Assembly: GCF_026571515.1 (NCBI RefSeq)
Contig: NW_026864499.1
Coordinates: 1-64,000, forward strand
Source: Ruditapes philippinarum
Lineage: Eukaryota
Direction: 5' to 3'
Length of the DNA stretch: 64,000 nucleotides
The notes under the pieces were generated by a model that was not told the DNA's origin, did no database searches, and saw nothing but the letters and a program-made list of their open reading frames with translations. Numbering within the stretch: position 1 is the stretch's first letter; each line of letters opens with the position of its first letter. The position numbers and the translations under genes are program-made. Below, piece after piece: positions 1 to 12,729 of the stretch.

Positions 1-152
1 CTCCATGTGCTCTGTGGTGAAATCTTCTTTTCACGAGCTTTTCCGTGCATCAACTCCAGGTGGCCAGAAAAGGTAACCACCTTTAATCCATGTTTCGGTA
101 CAACACCCTCTTCTTCCCTGTCACCCTCCATCCACACTGCTCTTACCCACAT
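1..152 (-). pseudogene. First coding exon of the second (accessory) gene of the EnSpm/CACTA element; runs off the window
   Basis: ATG at 152 just after a ttttaag acceptor-like site. Reads MWVRAVWMEGDREEEGVVP, then in a shifted frame TWIKGGYLFWPPGVDARK, then back in frame AREKKISPQSTW. The VP..W....WPP....P...W pattern resembles N-termini of accessory ORFs downstream of animal EnSpm transposases. Confidence 0.55.
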
Positions 153-453
153 TCTTAAAAAGATGGTTTGATCAATAATTTAATAACACAAATTTGAAAT
201 GGAAGTCTTTACTTACATGTATTAAAGCAATGTTTCTATTTGTTACAAAATTAAATGATTCTTTGTACTATTTTTCATAACATAATCATTATTTATCAAG
301 AGATTTTCTTAATTTTATTTTACTACAACAATGTCAATCAGTATATAGAATATTTTCATAAAATTATATCAACTTGCAACATAACATGCAAAAATTGTAC
401 TAAAATAAGTGTGATTAGTATGCAGACCAACAAAACAATGCATATCAACTTAA

Positions 454-2393
454 TTACCATTGCTCCATGGTGTGCAACATAGGTATAAGGACATTCCCAT
501 GCTCAGTAGGCAAACATACTAGTTTTCTGTACAGCTGAGAAATATGTATGTTTTTCCTTTTCATTCGTTGATGACGTCTGACAATAGCAATGTTCAAGAG
601 TTTGGAATCACACGGCTTTCTGAAAAAACTTTCTGACTGTTCTTGCTTTAAAACTTGGCACACTAAATTATGTTTGTCTTTCTTTTCTTTCACAAAAGCA
701 TACGATCCATCATTGAGTAGAAAACATCTATTTCTTTCTTTGATTGAAATAACATTAAATGTTGACTTAAGTCTAACACCCAATACAAATCAGCAGTTTT
801 TCTTTCCTGTATTCTTTTCGCAACCTGAACTATTGGATTTCTAGCTTTTTTCACTAATTTTTTAACTGATTGTAGATGATTTTCAAATGGAAATCCTGAT
901 ATTTCATTCAATGAACACATAAAATGCCTACAGTCATCAGCCAGGTGAGTAAGACAATGGACATTATAGACAATGAATTTCTCTGAATATATGTCTTTAC
1001 TTTTTTTGACAAAATAACTTAAGAGATTTTGTGCATAACTCAAATATGATGTTCTCGTAACTGAATCATTATCAAGAAGTATTGCTATGGCTACAGTTAA
1101 GCTTAAAAAATGTTCATACATTTCTTTGGTTAAAAACTTTTTAAGAACAACTGGACCTGTATATAGGAGGAATTGTCTAAATTCTGTAGCTTTCCAGCGC
1201 TCTATATCATACAATGATCTTGGCTGACGTGCAAACTCTGAAGGCAATTTACCAGAAAGTGAAATCAAGGCATTTGATATTTCTGACACTTGTAATGCTG
1301 AAAGTTTACATACTGTTGGTCCTTGCCTTAAAAACCATAAAACTCGCTTAACAACACCAAGGCATACCAAGTGCATGTAGTCAAGACTAAAACTTGTAAC
1401 ACATGGTATGCCTGATGCTGCAAGTGGAGATATTCCATTTTGGTGAGATGGGTACTTGAAAGCAGCAAAGTCCTCATTTGTCCTTGGAGTGCATACTTCA
1501 TCGGAGTGAAGAATAACACGATTATCTTTATAGTATCCATGAACAGCACATCTCTCACAAGCATTATAACCAGAATGGCCTTTTACATTTTTTAGAAAAG
1601 CTCGTGCTGGAGCATCACAAATGAAAGCATTGATTCTAATATGGAAGTTTTGATTGTCTAACTGTATGCCTTCAGATATAAGTTCATTTAATTCCTCAAT
1701 GAAATCAATTAAAAATTCTTCTAAAGAATTAGGCTTGTGTGAACTGTAGAAAATGGCCACCATAAAAGGTGTATAGCTTTTGAAGTTACAGAGAATTGGC
1801 CAAAACTGTGTTCCAGTTGACTTAAATAAAGGAATTCCATCAATATTGAAATTCAGCTTTATTGTATTCTGTTCTGAAGCATCAAGTGAAAATGACTTCA
1901 AAGATAAAATTTTCAATAACCCAATCCTTATACCAAAGTAAATAAATTTTCCACCACACTTTTCAACATAATCTACCATTTTAGGGGTTTTAAGTAGTGT
2001 TCTACTATCTTTTGGGAGGTAAGTATTACATCTTGAAGTTAGAAGTTTCAATAGATCATCTACACATTTTTTGCTTAAATTATTAGATGTAGCCCATGTT
2101 GCTAATTGTTCCCTTAATGTTGATTCATCATTTTCTTCATCTGACAAATTGTCCGTCTCAGAATCGGTCTCAGATGATACAATTGTCTCAGAAAAGCCAT
2201 AATCCGACAAGTTATCATCACTGTCATCATTATAAGAAACATTATTTTCATCAAAAACTTCAGATGAGGATGTGATATCATATCCTCCTACATTAACTAC
2301 TGTCATATTTGTAGCAACATCATCTTCATCACTGCTCTCAGCCAAAGCTTGTGCAGCAGCCTCATTTTGACGCCAGCGCCTTAAGTATGACAT
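454..2393 (-). CDS. EnSpm/CACTA (CMC superfamily) transposase with one frameshift near 785-800
   Basis: Motifs FNIDGIPLFKS, FWPIL, CDAPARAF, GHSGYNACERC, DYMHLVCLGV, WKATEFRQFLLYTGP, YNVHCLTHL, SGFPFEN in ORF 690-2393. The C-terminus continues in ORF 454-783 (CFLLNDG...KLVCLP...LIPMLH). Confidence 0.9.
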
Positions 2394-2504
2394 GCTTTTA
2401 ATTACCTCTCACTGAAATATGCAAGGTATTCAATTGTTTTTTTTTAAATACTACATAAACCTGTTATCACATAATTCAAAACAAAGGAGTGTAATAAGTG
2501 CCAT

Positions 2505-2848
2505 TTAAAGCAGCACGCCTCCAGATCATGCTAATTTTCATGAAAATTGGAAAATGTATAAAACAGTATATTAATAAGTTACCAAAAGAATACAATTTAC
2601 ACATTTTCAATGGCACTTACAACCTATGTAAATTACCATAAAAGAGGTCAAAATATGCACAAAAAACACTTATTGGGTTGGCAACGCAGTAAAAATATAG
2701 TTATAAACACTGAAAAATCGGTCATTAATTGCACATAACATGTAAAAAATTATTAGAATTTTGAATCTTTATACTTTTCCTAAAGTTTTAGTACATTTTC
2801 AGGTTTGATTTTAATTTTTATCGAAATATTTTTGCTCATCTGGAGGCG
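2505..2848. mobile_element. MITE, possibly Kolobok-like
   Basis: TTAA-AG start. CGCCTCCAGAT (2516-2526) is inverted at 2838-2848. Right tip is degenerate. Confidence 0.55.
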
Positions 2849-2995
2849 AGACGATATTAGACTAGATAACAATATGATGGGTTGTAAAGACATGCTATTA
2901 TGGTAACATTAAACTAAAGGGGCATCGTTGAAAAAATGCTTGGTTTTTCTTACTGTAACCAGGTTTTTTTTTACTAACAAATTGATAGCCTCGTT

Positions 2996-3940
2996 GTACC
3001 ATCTCTCGAACAATAATTTCACTTAACTGTAATTATTTTTAAGATGTTAAGTGTTTTTAAACTTAGTAAAGTTCTTGATTGTAGAGGCATGTATTGTGTC
3101 CGTTTTGACCTACTTAAAATTTGTCAACATGACCTTTAAAAATGGCTGCCGTGAACTCATTGGGGTGCTTGATTAGTAGAACAAAGCTGACCCCTTGCTA
3201 CCAATTATCGAACCAAGTTATTTATAGTGAACGAATAACCTGTAGAAAGAGGAGACCATTTATATTGAATCTATAAGCATTAATTAAATTTTCTACTGTA
3301 ACATAGAACAAAAAAAAAACACATTTTCATTTATTTTCATGTCATGTAACATTCCTGGAGTATTCATCTGACTTTTTAAATACAACAGCTTCTCAAATCA
3401 CAAGCAGCTTTACTTATATCAACCAAAATTTGATTATTCCTTTTCAACATTGATAATGGTATTAATTGCATATTGAGAACATCAGAAGAAATATATTTAG
3501 TGGTGTTCAACTTGATTTATCTTGTTCGATTAAATATTTGATTGAACAAAACAATAAATCAAGAAACTAGGTCAACGTTGACAGTTAATAAAACAAATCA
3601 AAAATACAGTAAAATTACGCTATATTTTCTTAAAAAAAGGGTTCATAAAGTATTCTTATTGTTCTGACTTATTCCACAAATCTACATTAGTAAAGTGGAA
3701 ACTTTACAAAAATACACAATTTCAAAAATGAAAGTAGGCTGCCATTATCTTAAAATTGAACTTTCGTCTACTATTAGAATGGTCAAAATGAAGCTGTAAA
3801 TATGGAACTTTGCCAAAACAAAGCAAATGTAAGTGGTTGTCACTTTATTAAACTATCTCTTGCTGCAAAACATAAATTTGATTTGTCAAATATAAAATTT
3901 ATCACTTTGGTCGAGAGATGGTACCGTTCGAGAGATGGTA
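2996..3940. repeat. Inverted-repeat-bounded element remnant
   Basis: GTACCATCTCTCGAAC at 2996-3011; its reverse-complement core TCGAGAGATGGTA occurs twice in tandem at 3911-3940. Confidence 0.5.
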
Positions 3941-5705
3941 TCAAAAGGCTACCGATAGTCTGCGTCTTCCCCTTGGTAAATAGCCAAGTTTTCCCCCCTA
4001 AAAATCTATTTTTCATTTAAACTGGATCAGATTTAAGTATTTATATGGTTTAAAATATTAATTTTCTCCATTTTATCCAGGAACCTACTAATTGTTGTCT
4101 AAAATAACCAAAAACGTTGCAGGAAACTGCAAGTACTGTCTGAACATGGAGGCGGCCATTTTTTTTCTTGGCTATATCACATACTGAACCGTACTATTTC
4201 TGGAAATCAGTTCTGTTGCTATCAAAATATTGTCATTTTCTTGGTTATTTTTAGTTAAGTAATATATTTTGTATTTCTTATTATGAAAATTACTTGTATG
4301 GAGCTAAAGTGTGTCACAGATACACTATTTTACCTATACTGTATTAAAATTCAGACAAAATTTGATGTATAAAAACCATTCACCACATGATACATACATG
4401 TATTAAAATGTTATACTGCAAAGAATATTTTGCATGATGATTAAGTTTTTAAGGGGAAAAAGATATAGTTGTGATTCTCTACTATGTAGTTCAGCATATA
4501 GTAATAAGTATGAATATCGTCATAGTTATCCCCAAATTGACTTTCTCTTATATTTTTCCCCCTCCCTACCAATGGTTTCCCATTTTCCTAAAAAAAACCT
4601 GCAGTAGACGGTTCTAATTTTAGGTATGAGATAAAATGGTATATAAATTTCCCTTAAGTTCACAACTAATAAATCAACTAAGAACTGTTAATAAAAAATC
4701 ACTGTTTAGGTAAGAGTTAAAATGAAATATCAATTGCCCATAAGTTCACAACTAGTAAATCGACTGTTAATAGAAATAATTTAAAACACTGACTTACATA
4801 TAGCTTGGTCAAGTTTATTGGTACGTATTAACCAAATTGAATTGGTTGCTTGGCTGTGCCGCGCCAGACCAATTTAATTTTGTAAATATATATACTAATA
4901 AACTTTAATCTATACCAAACTAAATGAAAGACATTAACAAAATGAAAGACAGACTTTTAGAATACAAAATAAGTTCGACTGATGCAATATCATTTCCTTA
5001 TATTCATCATAATTTATACAAATGATCACACAACACCAAAAAAAAATCACATGGTTCTGTCACTTTGTAGATATCAACTTTGCCCAGCATGATCCTTTCT
5101 GCTTTCTAGTACATACCATCTGCTAAGGGCAGACTGGCTTAATTAGGGTATTAACTTTTTATGATAATTAGCTGACGGCCCTGCATGAGCTGTGCATATT
5201 ACTTGTTGAACCATATTGGATAGGCAGGCTTTATATTAACCAATTATTACTTTTATTGATTTTTAACACAGGTCATATGTTTTCTATGTTGTCTGATTAC
5301 ATTATGAAAAGATAAATAGTAAAAAAACGGTGTGCTTATAAGAGAAACACATGGTAAATAGTTATGGATAAAGTACTTCAATCAAACAACCAGTTACTTA
5401 ACAACTGCACAGCTATCAAAATCAAACTGTGATCAAGACCCTGTAATTACCTGATGATTGTGTAAATGACTGGCCTCTCTGATAAGGAAAACTTGTGCTA
5501 ACAACATGTTAAGAAATGAAATTTAAAAAAAAAAAACCTATACCTCTATACAACTTTAAATTAAAATGTTATTTTCCCAAATAATTAAATCAATTATACA
5601 GCATTTCATTGTTTTTTCCTTAAACATGTACCAAATAACGGACCCATTAATTTAGAATCACAAGGGTTCTTTCATAATTGTAATAAAATTTTGAAAAAAC
5701 TTCCA

Positions 5706-5791
5706 ATCGCCAGAAGCTCACATAATATGATTTTATTCAACTTGTTCAATAAAATTAGTATTAAGCCTAAACTCATTCAATATCCTCTGTA
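5706..5791 (-). repeat. Half-copy of the palindromic repeat at 45352-45508
   Basis: Reverse complement aligns with AGAGGATATTGA...TTGAATAAAATCATATTATG...CTGGCGA. Confidence 0.75.
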
Positions 5792-6354
5792 AGTTGTTTT
5801 GACAAAAAGAATCATAATAACAATTTAAATGAAGTTGTACGAAAGTTAAATTTTGTATTTGACATGCAATTAAGTTATAAAAGCCTTGCTTTGGTGAATG
5901 GTAGTTATAGAATGCAAAATGGACTTTAACCTACAAATGGACATTTGTTTTAAGCGTATAAATTAATATAACTGTTATAATGAACAAGTGATATATGACA
6001 TAAAATTACCATTAAAACAGTTTGGCATACTTTTTTCATTACTGATACTTGTATATACATTTGAAAATAATGCCCATTCAGTAAGTGAAATCTCCTTTTT
6101 ATGGCCAGAAACTTCGTTTAGTAAAAGCTAGATTATAAAAAGAATTATGACTATAAATAGGAAAATACTATAAATAGATAAAAGTGAATGAAATCGCTGT
6201 TAGACATGGGCAACATGCAGATAATTTTTAAATGATGTTGCTTTAAGAATAAACAAAAATATATCAAAGCAAAATCATATTTTTGGGACTTGATCAGTCA
6301 GTGTTGATGTCTCGGACAAGCCTAATTGAAATGATTAATACTGACAGAAGCGAA

Positions 6355-6815
6355 ACAGGTCAGTTTGGCCCTAAACTGAAATTAGCCCCAGTGCTAAATC
6401 AGTCCCTGGACTTTGCTGCCATTTTCCACGAGACGGTTCGGCCCTACTATGGTTTATTGCTTGATTGTTAACACAAACAATAATTCTATAATAATAATTA
6501 ATCTTTTGATCTCTTGTACTATTTAGATATATGTTAATGTTTTTAAAGGTGTACCAAATATTTAAAGCACTTTTATCCTGGATTTATAAAACAGACAGCT
6601 AAAACTTCTGGATTAAGAAATTTAATTACAGTTACAGATGTACTTTTTCTTTACAAAATCATGATTTAATCAATTGATTTGTTTATTTATTTCAATGCTA
6701 TCTATTATAAATGCTATATTGGGCCAATTTTGTAAAGGGCCAAATGTCCAGGGCCGAAACGTCTTGGGTAATATGGGGCTGAAACTCCTTCGGGCCGAAA
6801 CGACTCGAAATCAAC
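6355..6815. mobile_element. MITE with tandem subterminal GGGCCGAAA motifs
   Basis: About five GGGCC(G/A)AA copies at 6721-6810 and degenerate inverted copies (TTTGGCCC, TTAGCCCC, TTCGGCCC) at 6360-6446. Confidence 0.55.
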
Positions 6816-7289
6816 AGAAATATAAACTGCACAAGTTTAACAGATGATTGCCACAGTAGATCTATTAATTTCTGTGAATTTTATGAAAACTTTAGTATTA
6901 TCTATTCAGAAATAAACTATAATTTTGCAAAATGTAAGAACATCATGCTACATGACAATATTGCTTCAATAAGAAACTAGAGACAATGATTTTTATAGAG
7001 GGCCAAGTGACAAAATTCCTTCGAATTAATATAATTTAGATCTATTTCTTAGACATTTGTTACAACAAATATTCTTCGTGTAAAAATAAAGAAAATCAAC
7101 ATTTTTGATAAGAATTGACCTGCCTGCCTTATGTTCCGATGCTATATAAATATACGAGAAAAACGAATATATTTATCTCGCGAATTCATGTTACATTTAC
7201 AGTATTTTTAGTATTAGGATCAATTAACGGTCAAATCCATGCAAACATGCGGTAAATTATCATAAATAACAACAATATCTAACGTTTGC

Positions 7290-7625
7290 TTACCTGCTTT
7301 CTTTTTGTTTTCAATATAGAAGTCTAGATCTGCAACGCTTCGTCTGTCGATCTTCCACGTGTAAACTTGTCCGCCAAAAAATTGAATTTCAAATCCGAAA
7401 ATTCGAATGCACTTAAGTATTTACCACGAATAAAATAGGCCCACAAAAATGGAACAACCGAATTGTTAATTAGTAAAAACACTTTTTAAACTTCCTCACA
7501 GAAATATTTTATCATGTACAAAGAAGACAGAGCACATATCTTTTATACTGATCTGCGGCTATCCGTTTACAGAGCGCCACCTTGCGAATATCGCATGGGA
7601 ACGCCACCCACGTGACCATGTTCTT
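7290..7625 (-). promoter_or_regulatory. Putative promoter and non-coding first exon of the transposon transcript
   Basis: Strong minus-strand donor CAG|GTAAGC at ~7293. Locally CpG-richer, with CACGTG boxes at ~7357 and ~7609 and GCGCCACCTTGCG at ~7574. Confidence 0.4.
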
Positions 7626-8459
7626 GTTTTGACGGGGAGATAAATGTATATTTTTTTCCTTTCAAAACAGAACAAAATTTCTCGCTGTTAATGATTTGAT
7701 TTAAATATATTGGGTTTCATCAATTATATATAATTAAAGTCACCTATTGTCAGATTACCGACCAATTCCGACGTCGATACGACGTCAAAATGAAACGTTT
7801 GTTAGACGTCGGGGTTTCAACGTTGGTTCAACGTTATATGAAGGTCGCCGACGTCGCGACCAAATTTCAATTATGGTTGTTTCGTCGAACTACTGGCGAA
7901 CTTAATTTATGAAGAGGTGCGAAAGTGGTTTCGTCGATCTTATTTTATATATACGAGTAGTAATTAAAGGCAAAGTAGGCATGGTTCATGTATATAAAGT
8001 GGTTTTATCATCAATATGTTTGTTGTGATCAAATTATGAAGCAAAATTTCATTAATGAATATAATATATTGTAGAAGTATGTCTGTATTTAATACCTATT
8101 TTGATAATGATTTGTTCGTTATTTGATTAATTAGTTTTGAGATATTTTTTTAAAGTTATATTTGTGTCTTTTTCAACGCCTTGGACATGTGTGAAGATGA
8201 TGAGATGACTACGTCCCAAGTTCTGAGATTATGTAGCCACATTTCAGGAATAGGATCAAAGAATTTCAATGACAGGATTTATAAGTACGATTATACTAAA
8301 GAAAATAATATATACATTGTAACAGATTTAAATTTTCAATATCTTATCTTTAATTGCATGAAAATGTGTGATAAACAACAGATTAAGACCCGCGATAATT
8401 GACGAGCCCATTACAATGTATAACCTGTCAAAAATCTTCATAACTAATAATACAAAGGT

Positions 8460-9296
8460 ATGACGACCAGATTAAATTCCATGGACTTAAAGATCAATGA
8501 AATAGACTCAAGTCAAAAGTTTATCAGTTGTCAATATGATGATATTTTGAAGTCAACAGTCTCAAATAAGTCAGTAATCGACACTTTACAGTCAGAGGTT
8601 CGAGCTTTAAGCATGGAAAATGCATCATTACGGACTGAAAGGGAGGTAATAAAAGAGGATGTTCTGGACCTAAAATGCCGTTCAATGCGCGATAATATGA
8701 TGTTTTACGGGATTTCAGAAGGTTCGTCTCTAGGTATTCAGTCCCAACCTACACAAAATGACAACGCAAGCACTTCCGGTGAGGGTCAACATCACTCAGA
8801 TGATATTCGGTCTATTAGTGAAACTTTGCATGATGTTCACGGAGTTTTATATTCCGATGTATGCAACAGTGAGCCGAATTTTGCGAATGATATTTGTGAG
8901 GAAAAAGTGCATTATTTTTGCGCAAACTTATTGAAAATTCCAGATGTGAAAAATAAAGTGCTGATTGATCGTGCGCATAGAATCGGCAAACCAACATCCG
9001 GTAAATGTAGGCCAATTGTGGTTAAGTTCAAGGATACAGCATCAAAATTAGAGGTAAAAAATGCATTAAAATCTGTGAATCTTAAAGGTACAAAATTCAA
9101 TGTAGGTGAGCAATACCCACAAGAAATTCAACAAAGAAGGCGTGACTTAATACCAAAAATGATTGAAGCCAGAAACCAAAATAAAAAAGCAGTTCTTGTT
9201 CGTGATAAACTTTTCATTGACAATAAACTGTATGTGTCACCGCAAAATGGGTACCATGATATGTTCTCTTCTACCACCAAAAATGCTCATAGTTAG
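8460..9296 (+). CDS. LINE ORF1 (coiled coil + RRM/CTD, Transposase_22-like)
   Basis: Heptad region, then LKCRSMRDNMMFYGI, IDRAHRIGK, RPIVVKF, EQYP.EI..RR..L, DKLFID. The true N-terminus may lie upstream and be disrupted. Confidence 0.85.
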   Translation: MTTRLNSMDLKINEIDSSQKFISCQYDDILKSTVSNKSVIDTLQSEVRALSMENASLRTEREVIKEDVLDLKCRSMRDNMMFYGISEGSSLGIQSQPTQNDNASTSGEGQHHSDDIRSISETLHDVHGVLYSDVCNSEPNFANDICEEKVHYFCANLLKIPDVKNKVLIDRAHRIGKPTSGKCRPIVVKFKDTASKLEVKNALKSVNLKGTKFNVGEQYPQEIQQRRRDLIPKMIEARNQNKKAVLVRDKLFIDNKLYVSPQNGYHDMFSSTTKNAHS

Positions 9297-12200
9297 GGAA
9301 TATTTGAAAAGTATGAGCTTAGTTTCCTATCTTGGAATATCGAAGGTTTAACTTGTTTAGATGATGATGAATTTTTGAACTTTATTTATGAATTTGACTT
9401 TATTTTCCTTAGTGAAACGTGGCAGCACAAACCCGAGGGTTTTGACCTTGAAGGTTACCAATCTATATTTGTTCCCAGACCGGCCTCTTTATATGGAACT
9501 AGTAAGAGAGGTCACGGCGGAGTATGCTTGTATTTTAATATCTCTTTGAAAGATGGAGTTCAAATAATGGATATTGACAATAATGGTGTGATTTGGATAA
9601 AATTACTCAAAACGTATTTTGGAAATGATGATGACATTTATCTTTGTTTTATGTACATTCCTCCCCGTAGTTCTGTATATTTCAATTTACATGACATAGG
9701 TTTTTTTGAGATTTTAGAAACGAATGTACGTAAATATTCAAATATGGGCTCGGTGGGAATACTAGGAGATTTGAACTCTAGATGCGGGGTAAAAAGTGAC
9801 ATTTTAGAATCCCCAAACATTTATGAACGTTATTTGAATACTATTGATAATGATATACAATGTACCTAGTTTAGACTTGGATTTATTACCCGTTAGAAGC
9901 TCACTAGACAAAATAGTTAATTCATCGGGGATTAAGCTTTTAGATATATTGATGTGTTCTGATCTTAAGATTGTTAACGGTAGAATTGGTCAAGATTACG
10001 GAGTTGGTAATTTTACCTATATGTCAAGTACCGGTAATAGTGTTATTGATTATGCAATAATGTCGTATCGGTTATTCCCGATTATAAGTAATTTTGTCGT
10101 TCACGACATGTTTTCGTTTTCGGCACATGCTCCGATTCATATTGATTTAAAATGTTTTTGTTTAAAAAATGAAAATATAAATGAGCCTGTCATTGTCAAG
10201 AATATAAAATGGGAAAATGACCGAAACGACATATTTAGAGAATGTATTTCTTCTGATTTATCAAGCATTGAAACTATTGTTAAAGATGTAATTGATAATA
10301 ATTTAAGCTTAGATAGCGGTATTGACTCTATATCTGCTATTTTATACAAAAATTCATATGATATTTTCGGAGTTACGAAAGTCGTTAAAACTTTTAAGTA
10401 CAGACGGAAATTTAAAAGTCAATGGTATGACCAAAATTGTGAGCGTGAAAGAAAGAAGTTTGTTCATGCAAATAGATTGTATTCAAATTATAGATCTGCA
10501 CTTAATAGAGAAAATTTGATTAATAATAGACGATTGTATAGATTAGCTAAGAGGAGAGCAAAGACAAAATATCATTTAGCTCAAAAGAATAAAATGCATA
10601 ACTTATCAAAAACTTCTCCGAAATTGTTTTGGAAGGAAATAAAAAAGTTTAGAAAGAAAAGTCCCGATTGTAAAGTGTCGAGTGAAACGTTTTTTAACCA
10701 TTTTAAGAATTTATTTAATAGCCAAAATGTATTTTCAAATGATGATGTTGAACAGTGTATTAATAGTGATGATGTTATATTACAACATGTTGATATGGTA
10801 GATGAAGAAATTACAATAGAGGAGGTATCTAAGGCTATTTCTTCGCTAAATAGGAATAAAAGTGGTGGTTATGACTTACTTTTACCAGAAATATTTATTG
10901 AATGTAATGATTTATTATCTCCAATTTTAAGTAAAATTTTTAATCATATTTTCACAAGTGGATCTTATCCAACCTCATGGAATAAAGCAATTATTGTACC
11001 TGTCCCGAAAAAAGGGGATCCCGGTGAAGTAAATAATTATAGGGGTATTGCGCTTACAAGTATTTTTTCAAAAATATTCTCAGTAATCCTAGATAATAGA
11101 CTTCGAAAATGGTCAGAGGTCAATAATTTCTTAACAGATAATCAGTATGGATTTAGGAATAGTAGAAGTACTATTGACTGCATATTTGTACTAAATTCTA
11201 TTATTGATAAGATTATTAAACATGATAAAAAGAAATTGTATACTGCATTTGTAGATTTCCGCAAGGCATTTGATTTAACATATAGAAATGGTATTTGGTT
11301 CAAATTAATTGACACTGGTGTCTCAGGTAAAATGTTAAAAATTCTTAAAAGCATGTATGAGGGTGTGAAATTATGTGTACGTAATAATGGCTCACTAACT
11401 GACTTTTTTGATAGTTACATGGGCTTGAAGCAAGGGGAGCCATTATCTCCCTTTTTGTTTATTATGTTTATTAATGATATGCAAGATCATTTAGCTGACG
11501 ATAGTATAGATGTTTTTACCATTGAGGAATTACAAATTTATTTGTTGTTGTTCGCAGATGATACTGCTTTATTTTCTTACTCTGAACAAGGTTTACAAAT
11601 TCTACTTAATAAATTGTATAATTATTGTAGGAAATGGGGTATTGAAGTTAATGCAGATAAAACAGTTGTAATGGTTTTTAGACAAGGTAATAGACCTTCA
11701 AATATATCGCTTAAGTATGACAATAAAATTTTAAAACAAGTTAAAACATTTACTTATTTAGGAGTAACGCTATCATCTAATGGAAGTTTTTATCAAGCTC
11801 AAAAATCATTGTCTGCCCAAGCTTTAAAGGCTCTTTATTCTTTGAACTCCCTTTTTGATAATGTTAATTTAGATATTGAAGATAAATTAAAACTCTTTAA
11901 TTCAATGGTATTACCAATTTTATGTTATGGATCTGAAATATGGGGTTTCTATAAATCTCCTGACATAGAACGTGTATACTTAAAGTTTCTAAAACAAATA
12001 CTTGGTGTTAAACTACAAACATGCAGTACTGCAGTTTATGGTGAATTTGGTGTATTTCCTTTATATATAGTACGTAAAATTAGAATAATCAAGTTTTGGT
12101 ATAAGATTAAAAATATGCCTGACTCAACTATGTATAAATTAATGATGTTGCAAGGACGAAATAATACATTGTTAAATAGTTGGTCATGTAATGTAAAAAA

Positions 12201-12729
12201 GTTATTAGATGACCTTGGTTTTTCTTACCTGTGGAATTGTGATAGAATATCTGAAATGAATGTTAAATTAATTATTCAAAGAATCCACGATCAATATTTA
12301 CAACAATGGTTATCTGAATTAGACTCATCTTCTAAATTAGATTATTATAGAGAATTTAAGTTAAATTTTATTCAAGCTAGTTATTTAAATACTGTTAATG
12401 TCGAAGCACATATGAAAGCACTAGCGAGATTTAGATGTTCATCACACAACTTAGAGATTGAAGAAGGTCGATATAGGAATATTATTAGAAGCGAAAGATT
12501 ATGTAGAAGATGTAATATGAATCAAGTTGAATCAGAGTATCATTTTTTGTTAATATGTCCTTTTTATAGAGAATTACGATTAACTCTTTTAGATAATTAT
12601 TATTACACATGGCCTAATATGAATAAATTCAATAAGCTTATGTCAACAGCCAAAAGATCTGTTATAATAAAACTTGCAAAATTTGTCTATCTGGCTTTTA
12701 AGAAGAGAAACGAGAGTGTTGTTGTATAA
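9297..12729 (+). CDS. LINE ORF2: APE endonuclease + reverse transcriptase, one frameshift at ~9850-9865
   Basis: APE motifs SWNIEG, LSETW, GGV, YIPP, GDLNSR, SVIDY, SAH. RT motifs NYRGIAL, QYGFR, FVDFRKAFD, GLKQGEPLSP, LFADD, YLG. C-terminal C..C....VESEYHFLLICP. Confidence 0.92.

Larger units (their letters stand above)
1..7870 (-). mobile_element. Animal EnSpm/CACTA DNA transposon, partial, with nested MITEs
   Basis: Transposase plus downstream ORF. Splice acceptor at 2412-2414, donor at ~7293, and a cluster of GACGTC/AACGTT subterminal-type repeats at 7769-7870. The terminal inverted repeat itself was not found. Confidence 0.65.

Noticed and set aside
8181-8402. Separate 73-aa gene
   Set aside because: TTG start, no recognisable motif; probably LINE 5' region or disrupted ORF1 N-terminus.
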